Shown here: in pieces, positions 57,178-64,000 of the stretch
Layout: each line of letters opens with the position of its first letter
Numbering within the stretch: position 1 is the first letter of the stretch
Notes under the pieces: model-generated
Seen by the model: the letters and a program-made list of their open reading frames with translations, nothing else
The model's database searches: none
Told to the model about the DNA's origin: nothing
Made by a program: the position numbers and the translations under genes
Assembly: GCA_036000105.1 (NCBI GenBank)
Contig: DASYGE010000012.1
Coordinates: 722,324-786,323 of the forward strand
Source: Gammaproteobacteria bacterium
GTDB lineage: Bacteria; Pseudomonadota; Gammaproteobacteria; Natronospirales; REEB76
Direction of reading: 5' to 3'
Length of the DNA stretch: 64,000 nucleotides

Positions 57178-58040
57178 GTTTCATCGCCGCCTTACTCGCC
57201 CTGATCCTGGACCAATGGCTGAGGCATATGGAGCCCATGCGCGGACCGCGCTGGCTGCATGCCTATGCCGAGGCCTTCGAACCCTTAAGCCGCAGCACTG
57301 ATCCCGTGCGCGCCACCGGCGGTGCCTTATTCATCGTGCTCGTGCCCGCGGTAGTAGCCCTGTTCCTGGGGGACGTGCTCACCCACATCTGGGCGGGACT
57401 GGGCTTCGTCTATGCCGTGATCCTGTTCCTGTTCTGCTTAGGGCCGAAGGACCTGCACGACGAAGTGCAACTCTATATAGACGCGGTCCAGGCCGGGGAC
57501 GAGACGCGGGCTACCGCTCTCGCCGCTGAGTTGCTATCGGATCCGGTACCCACGGACCCGACGGAGCGCACCGAGGCGGTCACCCAGGCGGTACTCATGG
57601 AAGCCAACGAGCGCCAGTTCGGCGTGCTCTTCTGGTTCGCGGCCCTCGGACCTGCGGGCGCGCTCCTGTACCGTTCGGCGGATGTGCTCAGGCGCGAGCC
57701 GGGCGAGAAGGTGAGCGCGGAATTCCACATCGCCGCAGCACGCCTGCACGGCGTGCTCGCCTGGTTGCCGGCCCATCTCACCGCCGTGGGCTACGCTCTC
57801 GCCGGCAGCTTCGAAGACGCGGTCTCGGACTTGCGGACCTATTACAGCACTTGCACCCTGCGGTTCTTCCAGGTGAGCAACGACGTGCTCATGTGCACGG
57901 GCCTCGGCGCCTTGCGGGTGGCGACGGGCCAGGAAGCGGGCGTGGTGCGGCTGAAATCCGCTCTCGGTCTCGTGCGGCGCACACTCTTCATCTGGCTAGT
58001 CATCTATGCCCTCATCACTCTTTTCGGATGGTCATGGTAA
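57174..58040 (+). CDS. ampE: AmpE-like membrane protein
   Basis: ATGA overlap with ampD. 'MSFIAALLALILDQWL' and multiple TM helices. Confidence 0.75.
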   Translation: MSFIAALLALILDQWLRHMEPMRGPRWLHAYAEAFEPLSRSTDPVRATGGALFIVLVPAVVALFLGDVLTHIWAGLGFVYAVILFLFCLGPKDLHDEVQLYIDAVQAGDETRATALAAELLSDPVPTDPTERTEAVTQAVLMEANERQFGVLFWFAALGPAGALLYRSADVLRREPGEKVSAEFHIAAARLHGVLAWLPAHLTAVGYALAGSFEDAVSDLRTYYSTCTLRFFQVSNDVLMCTGLGALRVATGQEAGVVRLKSALGLVRRTLFIWLVIYALITLFGWSW

Positions 58041-58102
58041 AACCTGCTCGGATGCCTGCTGCGACCGGCTACGGCCACGTTGCACGCCGGCTCGAACGGC
58101 TC

Positions 58103-59065
58103 ATGTATTCCCACATACATTCGCCATTCTCGCCGTCGCGCGCCTTGCCTCGCTCGGTCTCGCGACGGCCTTCGAGCAGGTTTCTGGTATTCATTCTCGC
58201 GTTCTTCGGCATCATTCCATTCGCGGCTTTTGCTGACGTACAGCTGAATGGCGCCGACGGTGTATCTCTCACCCTGAATGCTCCGGCTACGCGGGTGGTG
58301 ACCCTCGCCCCGGATTTCGCGGAACTCCTCTACGACGTGGGCGCCGGCGGCACCCTGGTGGGTGCCATCGAGTACAGCGACCACCCGGAGGCGGCCAAGC
58401 AGATCCCGCGGGTGGGAGATGGGTTCCACGTGGATGTGGAGAAGATCCTGACCCTCAAGCCGGAGCTGGTCTTGGCCTGGCAGGGCGGCACGCCCCAGGC
58501 GCTCATCGAGAAACTCCGGTCGCTCAAGCTCCCGGTACTCGTCATCGGCAGCCATGCGCTGCCGGACATCGCCTCCAACCTGGAGATCCTGGGGAAAGCT
58601 ACCGGCCATGAGGTGGAGGCCGGCAAAGCGGCGGCGGATTTCGATGCGCGGCTGGCGGCGCTGGAGCAGCGATACGCCCATGCCTCGCCCATCCGCGTCT
58701 TCTATGAGATATCGCCCCAGCCGCTGTTCACTGTGGGCGGCGGCCAGATCATCAGCCGGGTGATACAGGCCTGCGGCGGTCAGAACATCTTCGCGGACTT
58801 GAGTACGCTCGCGCCGGTGGTGGGCATGGAGGCGGTGCTGGCGCGGGATCCCCAGGCCATCGTCACGGGTGACGGGGAAGGGGATGTGGCGTCGCGTTTC
58901 AAGCTCTGGCAACAGTGGCCGCAACTCTCGGCGGTACGCTACCAGAACCTCTTCGCGGTGGATGACGGGAGCATATCCAGCGCTACGCCGCGGCTACTGG
59001 ATGCTGGTCGCCAGGTCTGTGATGACCTCGATAAAGCCCGCGGAAATCTCGCTGCCAAACGTTAA
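58103..59065 (+). CDS. periplasmic cobalamin/siderophore-type ABC substrate-binding protein (BtuF-like)
   Basis: 'RVVTLAPDFAELLYDVGAGGTLVGAIEYSDHP' and 'KPELVLAWQGG'. The start is uncertain. Confidence 0.7.
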   Translation: MYSHIHSPFSPSRALPRSVSRRPSSRFLVFILAFFGIIPFAAFADVQLNGADGVSLTLNAPATRVVTLAPDFAELLYDVGAGGTLVGAIEYSDHPEAAKQIPRVGDGFHVDVEKILTLKPELVLAWQGGTPQALIEKLRSLKLPVLVIGSHALPDIASNLEILGKATGHEVEAGKAAADFDARLAALEQRYAHASPIRVFYEISPQPLFTVGGGQIISRVIQACGGQNIFADLSTLAPVVGMEAVLARDPQAIVTGDGEGDVASRFKLWQQWPQLSAVRYQNLFAVDDGSISSATPRLLDAGRQVCDDLDKARGNLAAKR

Positions 59066-59070
59066 GCAGC

Positions 59071-59243
59071 GCAAAAGCTACTCGGCAATCGTTCCCGACA
59101 TTGCTCTACCGCTTACATCCCTGTAGGCGTGCGCTCGCTAGGGCGTTGTTGCGATCCGGCTCGCAATCGGTCACGTACACAAGAGTACGCTCCCTCTGCT
59201 CGCCTCTCGCGCCTAGCCCTGCCTTCGCTCGTAACGCTTTTGC
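59071..59243 (+). repeat. mosaic intergenic repeat, copy B
   Basis: GCAAAAGC at 59071-59078, core TTGTTGCGATCCGGCTCGC at 59146-59164, 3' module at 59197-59245 ending CGTAACGCTTTTGCTC. Confidence 0.8.
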
Positions 59244-59300
59244 TCTATCTTCTAATTAAATTACTAGTCGTAGCTAAAGTGCATCCCAAGAATCAAGGGC

Positions 59301-59855
59301 CTAAGTTCGCTTGCGCTCATGATTCCAGAGGACTTCCTGTCCTTTATCGTTTCTGGAGATCACCCGCGCGATCACGAACAACAGATCCGAAAGCCGGTTC
59401 AGATAACGCAGCGCTTCCGGATTCAGGGTCGCCTGCTTCGAGAGCGTGAACGTGCGGCGTTCCGCCCGGCGGCACACGGTGCGCGCCAGATGGCAGGCCG
59501 CCGCGCTGCGACTGCCCCCCGGCAGGATGAATTCCTTCAGGGGCGGCAAGTCCGCGTTGAAGCCGTCCAGCTCTTGCTCGAGGCGCTCGATATGAGCCGC
59601 GCTGATGGCCGTATGCCCGGGGATGCAGAGTTCCCCGCCGAGATCCAGGAGTTCATGCTGCACCCGCGCGAGGCAGGTGGCGATGTCCGCCGCCGGCTCT
59701 TCCGCCAGCAGCATGCCGATGACGCTGTTGAGTTCGTCCACCGTGCCGTATGCCTCTACGCGAACGTCGTCCTTCGGTACACGGGCGCCGTCACCCAGGC
59801 CCGTGCTGCCGTCGTCGCCGGTGCGGGTATAAATCTTGCTGAGGCGATTGCCCAT
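59301..59855 (-). CDS. PduO-type ATP:cob(I)alamin adenosyltransferase
   Basis: 'IYTRTGDDGSTGLGDG.RV.KD..RVEAYGTVDELN'. Confidence 0.88.
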   Translation of the reverse strand: MGNRLSKIYTRTGDDGSTGLGDGARVPKDDVRVEAYGTVDELNSVIGMLLAEEPAADIATCLARVQHELLDLGGELCIPGHTAISAAHIERLEQELDGFNADLPPLKEFILPGGSRSAAACHLARTVCRRAERRTFTLSKQATLNPEALRYLNRLSDLLFVIARVISRNDKGQEVLWNHERKRT

Positions 59856-59904
59856 GTCGAATCTCTTAAGAATCCAGATTTACTGAATTGTAGCCCGAGT
59901 AGCG

Positions 59905-60264
59905 CCGACAAAATACGCGGGGTTTGGGCACGGCATCCCTGCCTTGTTCCGCGCCGTCCTGCGGCGCGGGCGACTTTTGTCTTGGCAAAAGTCGCCAAAA
60001 CCGCCCTCCCGGAGCGCGGGGCACCGAAGCGGCGCCTTCCCTGCGCCCTTCGTTCGCTGCGCAGCTTCACACACGGCACTTGGGCGCTTTGCGCTCAAGC
60101 CCAGGGCGCAAAGCGCCCGCTCGAAGTTTCGCTTCTCGCCCCTATGCCGCGTGTGAAGGCATCGCCATCCCTGGCGATGCCCCTGCGGGCTTGGCTTGCT
60201 TACTCCAGTGCTCGGCTCGCGCTACGGGGTGAAGAGGCGAGTGTCTTAAGTTCGAGTGCTTTTC
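59905..60264 (+). repeat. probable expanded copy D of the mosaic repeat, carrying four perfect hairpins
   Basis: 3' part GTGCTCGGCTCGCGC (60208-60222) and terminal GTGCTTTTC resemble copies A and B. Hairpins lie at 59949-59969 (8 bp), 59970-59995 (10 bp), 60082-60118 (13 bp) and 60158-60181 (10 bp). Confidence 0.55.
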
Positions 60265-60267
60265 TAC

Positions 60268-61083
60268 TTAGCGCTGACAATGGGGGCAGTAGTAGGTCAT
60301 ACGCTGGCCGGTGACTTTGGCGACGATAGCCGTGCCACAGCGTTTGCAGGGTTGACCTTCCCGGTCATAGACCCTGAGGCGCAGGTAGAAGTAGCCGGGT
60401 TCGCCGTCTTCTTTGGTGAAATCCCGCAAGGTGGTGCCGCCGGCCTTTATGGCGGCCGTGAGCACCTGTTTCACAGCCTTGGCGAGGGCGACATAGCGCT
60501 CCCGGGATACCCGGCCCGCCAGACGCTCTGGATGGATGCGAGCGAGATACAGGCTCTCGCTGGCGTAGATGTTGCCCACACCCACCACCCTGTGGCTGTC
60601 CATGAGGAAGTTCTTGATGGCCACCTTGCGGCCTTTAGCCTGCTCGAAGAGATAGTCGCCGTCGAAGCCCGCTTCCAGGGGTTCGGGCCCGAGATCCTTG
60701 AGCAGCGTGTGATCCGCGGCATCGCCCCGGGTCCAGAGCAGCGCGCCGAAGCGGCGCGGATCCCGGAGCCTCAGCAGCTTGCCGCTGTCCATCACCAGAT
60801 CCACATGGTCGTGCTTCTGGGGCGGAGTGTCTTTAGGCAGCACTCGCAAGCTGCCGGACATGCCGAGATGCAGGATGGCGGTGCCGCTCTTGGTGTGGAG
60901 CAGGAGATACTTACCGCGCCGGGTGACCTCCGTGATGCGTTGCCCCGGGAGTTCTCGCAGGAGCGCCGGCGGGATAGGCCAGCGCAGGCGGCGCTCACGC
61001 ACCGTCACGGCGTTCACCCGGCGGCCTTTGAGATAGGGCTCGATACCGCGGCGGGCGGTCTCCACTTCAGGCAGTTCGGGCAT
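60268..61083 (-). CDS. mutM: formamidopyrimidine-DNA glycosylase
   Basis: 'MPELPEVE' and C-terminal zinc finger 'CKRCG....YYCPHCQ'. Confidence 0.92.
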   Translation of the reverse strand: MPELPEVETARRGIEPYLKGRRVNAVTVRERRLRWPIPPALLRELPGQRITEVTRRGKYLLLHTKSGTAILHLGMSGSLRVLPKDTPPQKHDHVDLVMDSGKLLRLRDPRRFGALLWTRGDAADHTLLKDLGPEPLEAGFDGDYLFEQAKGRKVAIKNFLMDSHRVVGVGNIYASESLYLARIHPERLAGRVSRERYVALAKAVKQVLTAAIKAGGTTLRDFTKEDGEPGYFYLRLRVYDREGQPCKRCGTAIVAKVTGQRMTYYCPHCQR

Positions 61084-61092
61084 GGACGTCCG

Positions 61093-61962
61093 TCAGTGGG
61101 CGGCTTTGGCAGCGGGATGCTGGAAACTTAGCAGCGTGTCCCTGAGGCTTGAGTCCAGTTCGTACTGCAACCCGAGATCGGGCCGCGCCAGCATCAGGAA
61201 GTCCGGGTCCTTGAGGATGGCGAAACGCAGGGGCTTGGGATCGTTGGCGATGGACAGGGAGACTTCATCTTCCTCAGGATCTTTGCCGATGGGCGCCACA
61301 CTGATGGCCAGTTCCTGCTGCCAGGCGTCCAGGAGCTTCTGGATGGCATCCGCCGAGACGGACGCATCGGCAGGGGAGAGTTGCCAGGCGCCGTGCTTGT
61401 CCATGGTCAAGGTGGTCTGGGGTAGTTGCATGGCGGTGATGTGGGCGCCCAGGGGCAAGAGGCCCTTGTCCACCCACCAATAGGCGTCGTGGGCGATGCG
61501 GTAGAAGAGCGCACCATTGATGAGATGGATCCTGTCACCTGCCAGCACGTACTGCAGGTTGTCCACCGGTTGCAGGCCGCCGAAGTCGTACTCCACGCCG
61601 TTGAGCATGAGCTTCGCCACAGGCTTGTTGAGGCCGTACTTCGCGAGATCAGCACCGGCTGCCGGGAAACTGTCCTGGCTCTCGGCATCGAGATAATCTA
61701 GCAGGGTCCTCACCATGTTGGGATCCGCCGGCATGGCGAGCGGCGCGGTCAACTGCCAGCCGCGATTCCCGCGGGTGAGCACCGTGGGTTTCTGGCCCGG
61801 CAGCTCGATGCGGATGTCCGTGATCTGGGCTGCCGTCTGCTGGATGAGCGGCTGCTTGAGAGCGGGGTGCTTCGCACCGGGCCGGAAGTGACTCAAGGTG
61901 GCGAGGCTCACCACGATTACCACCAGTGCCAGGTTGAGGCGGTTGCGCTTGTTGAACTGCAT
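61093..61962 (-). CDS. DUF4340-like protein (accessory to the GldG-type ABC system)
   Basis: N-terminal TM 'LNLALVVIVVSLATL'. Position downstream of the GldG-like gene. Family call from context. Confidence 0.55.
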   Translation of the reverse strand: MQFNKRNRLNLALVVIVVSLATLSHFRPGAKHPALKQPLIQQTAAQITDIRIELPGQKPTVLTRGNRGWQLTAPLAMPADPNMVRTLLDYLDAESQDSFPAAGADLAKYGLNKPVAKLMLNGVEYDFGGLQPVDNLQYVLAGDRIHLINGALFYRIAHDAYWWVDKGLLPLGAHITAMQLPQTTLTMDKHGAWQLSPADASVSADAIQKLLDAWQQELAISVAPIGKDPEEDEVSLSIANDPKPLRFAILKDPDFLMLARPDLGLQYELDSSLRDTLLSFQHPAAKAAH

Positions 61963-61971
61963 GGGCGCGGT

Positions 61972-63342
61972 TTACCTGCGTCGGCGGCGCAGCCACACGC
62001 CGATGCCGGCTGTGAGCAGGATCAGCGGCAGGGCCAGCAGGAAACCGAAACCGATGAGCCCTTGCGCCAAGGGCGAGAGGAACAGGGTGAGGTCCGGTGC
62101 CGGCCGCGGGTTGATGCTTATATAGCTGTCGTCATGGGCGAGCCAGTTGAAGATGTTGAGGCCCAGCATCAGGTTGCCGGCGTTGCCGAGGTAGGCGTTG
62201 GAGATGAAATCCCCATCGCCGGTCACCACCACCCGCTGTTCGCCAGGCGCGCTGTCTTTGTCGGCGCTCTTGAGCGGACGGGTCAAGCTCACGCCTATGC
62301 TCAAGGGCCCCAAGCGGTCGCCCCGCGTCGGGTCGTATTTGACGTTGCCTTCTAGCTTGCCTGTCTCCAGCCAGCTGCGGGGCAGGGTCTCGAGGAACGC
62401 ATCCGCCTGCCAGCCGCTGGCCTTGTCCGCGTCCACCGCCGTGGCGGCGGGGAACAGCGTGGCAGTGGTGAAGTCCTTGGTGATGGCGCTGTCTTCGCCG
62501 TACTTAGGCACCAGTACGATCTTGGGGTCGTTGATGCCGAAGAGCTGCGATTCCGGGTCCACGATGGTGCCCGCACCGATGCTGACACCTAAGTCTTTCG
62601 CCAGGGGTTCCAGGCCGTAGAGGGAGCCCGGGTCGTCCAGCCACAAGAGGTTACCGCCCCGCTTCACGTAGGCGCGGATGATGTTCACCATGCCGGGCAG
62701 GAGATCCGCCTGGGGTCCGGCGATCACCAGCACCGAGGTGTTCTCCGGGATGGTCGGGTTGGCGGCGAGGCTCAAGGTCTCCACCTTGAAGCCCTTGTCC
62801 TGCAGCTGCTTGCCGAAATCCCCCAGGTCGAAGTTGTGCTGGCCCAAGGGGTCGCGCTCACCGTCGCCCGTGAGGAACACCACATAGCGTTCCGAGGAGC
62901 GGGCCAGGCGCTGGATCACGTTGCCGAGGGCTGCTTCATTGATCTCCGTCAATTTCTCGCTGCGGCCGGCGTACTTCACTTCCAGCTCGCCGTCTGCGGT
63001 GATGCCGGCGGCCCGGGCTGCATCGGGATCCGTATCCGTATCCACGAAGTCCAGGCGCGTGTCCTTCTTCACCTCCTGGTACTTGGACACGAAGCGGCGC
63101 AGCGGGTCCTTGAGCGCCGAGTTGTCTTTCACGTAGGCGGTGAAGACCAGGGGTTGATCCAGGGTCTGCAGCAGCTTCACGCTGGCCGGCGACAGGGAGT
63201 TGCGTTGGCCATAGGTCCAGTCCGCCTCATAGACGTACTGGGTGCTGAGCTTGGCCAGGATGCCTATGCCTGCGAGGAACAGCACCAGGAACAGCAGGTT
63301 CTGGATGACGACCTGGGAGCGGGATTTGCGGGTGACGCGCAT
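61972..63342 (-). CDS. GldG-family ABC-transporter auxiliary protein
   Basis: 456 aa. N- and C-terminal TM anchors (C-terminal 'FGFLLALPLILLTAGIGVWLRRRRR') flank a large periplasmic domain. It follows an ABC-2 permease. Confidence 0.65.
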   Translation of the reverse strand: MRVTRKSRSQVVIQNLLFLVLFLAGIGILAKLSTQYVYEADWTYGQRNSLSPASVKLLQTLDQPLVFTAYVKDNSALKDPLRRFVSKYQEVKKDTRLDFVDTDTDPDAARAAGITADGELEVKYAGRSEKLTEINEAALGNVIQRLARSSERYVVFLTGDGERDPLGQHNFDLGDFGKQLQDKGFKVETLSLAANPTIPENTSVLVIAGPQADLLPGMVNIIRAYVKRGGNLLWLDDPGSLYGLEPLAKDLGVSIGAGTIVDPESQLFGINDPKIVLVPKYGEDSAITKDFTTATLFPAATAVDADKASGWQADAFLETLPRSWLETGKLEGNVKYDPTRGDRLGPLSIGVSLTRPLKSADKDSAPGEQRVVVTGDGDFISNAYLGNAGNLMLGLNIFNWLAHDDSYISINPRPAPDLTLFLSPLAQGLIGFGFLLALPLILLTAGIGVWLRRRRR

Positions 63343-63357
63343 GCTGTGGCCCTTCCC

Positions 63358-64000
63358 TCAGTGCTGCAGCCGCTGCCCATCGAGGCGGCGGATGCTTAAG
63401 GTGAGGAAGGTGACGATGAACAGGAGGTAATAGATGACATCGCTGCTGTCGAAGGAGCCGCGCAGCAGCGAACCGTAATGGTCTATGAGGGATATGTAGT
63501 GCAGCACCGCGCTGTAGCGGGCGTCCCCCTGGCCGAGCCAGTTCACCACCCACAGGAACAGGAACAGGCCGAAACTGGATATGGCCGCCACCACCGGCTG
63601 GCGGGTGAGGGTGGACATATAGAGTCCTGCCGCCGCGAACGCCCCCAAGAGCAGCACCATACCCAGCACGTCGGCGCCGAGCTTGCCGTAATCCAGATGG
63701 GTGCCGAGTGCCAGGGATAGGGGCATGAGGGTGAGCATCACCACCATGATCATGAGGAACCCCAGGAGCCCCAGGTATTTGCCAAGCACGATCTCGCTCA
63801 TGCGCACCGGCGCCGAGAGCAAGAGCGCCAGGCTACCGGTGCGGCGCTCCTCGGCCACGAGGCGCATGGAGAGGAGCGGTACCACCAGGAGCATCACGAT
63901 GCTGGAGATGCTGTAGAGACCTGCCACCACGGTATCGGTGACCCCGGCCACCGCCGAGGGGTTGCCGCGGAAACCTTCCACCGAGGCCAGGAACATCCAG
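63358..64000 (-). CDS. ABC-2-type transporter permease (5' end beyond the window)
   Basis: Polytopic membrane ORF that stays open to the window edge. Operon with the GldG-like gene. Confidence 0.7.
   Translation of the reverse strand, partial: WMFLASVEGFRGNPSAVAGVTDTVVAGLYSISSIVMLLVVPLLSMRLVAEERRTGSLALLLSAPVRMSEIVLGKYLGLLGFLMIMVVMLTLMPLSLALGTHLDYGKLGADVLGMVLLLGAFAAAGLYMSTLTRQPVVAAISSFGLFLFLWVVNWLGQGDARYSAVLHYISLIDHYGSLLRGSFDSSDVIYYLLFIVTFLTLSIRRLDGQRLQH

Noticed and set aside
59246-59310. AT-rich stretch after mosaic copy B that loosely resembles the cargo-element left end (ATTACT.., TAAAG.GCATCCC, ATCAA, TAAGT in the same order). A similar GGATTCC..AAAGC lies after copy A (51975-51990).
   Set aside because: The matches are short, gapped and interrupted, and I cannot distinguish them from chance without a statistical alignment. 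They are worth a genome-wide search but are not claimed.
59066-60267. Looked for a cobalamin riboswitch around the BtuF-like and PduO-type adenosyltransferase genes.
   Set aside because: No B12-box-like GCCACTG core on either strand. The structured DNA here is explained by mosaic repeat copies B and D.

Overview
This is a 64-kb chromosomal segment from a high-GC proteobacterium. Gene content and order match the gammaproteobacterial neighbourhood known from Pseudomonas: yggT-proC-yggS / pilT-pilU, then pyrB-ruvX-yqgE-tonB-gshB / pilG-pilH-pilI-pilJ-chpA. About 60 protein-coding genes are supportable. Most are housekeeping (fadD, murI, mtgA, msrB, rocD, proC, pyrB, ruvX, gshB, rsmE, bioA, argE, ampD/ampE, mutM), together with a complete type IV pilus retraction and Pil-Chp chemosensory block. 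I saw no rRNA, tRNA or CRISPR array. Three visibly AT-richer patches interrupt the backbone. (i) 1 to about 2,900 is a decayed accessory region with an IS3-family remnant, a 127-bp duplication and a truncated kinase-like gene. (ii) 18,998-21,470 is a transposase-less cargo element with 23-bp terminal inverted repeats and an 8-bp target-site duplication. (iii) 51,991-53,203 is a tightly coupled SAM-methyltransferase plus 4-TM membrane protein pair wedged between the chpC-like gene and rsmE. The intergenic space also carries a dispersed mosaic repeat family (3 clear copies and 1 probable copy) decorated with perfect GC-rich palindromes, a 123-nt rod-like inverted-repeat element, and a long-range inverted repeat that would sequester a Shine-Dalgarno (SD) site. 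One FGGY kinase gene is frameshifted at a G5 run. Many long ORFs in the supplied track are antisense or alternative-frame artefacts of high GC and were not called. All family names come from motif recognition by eye; no database search was run.
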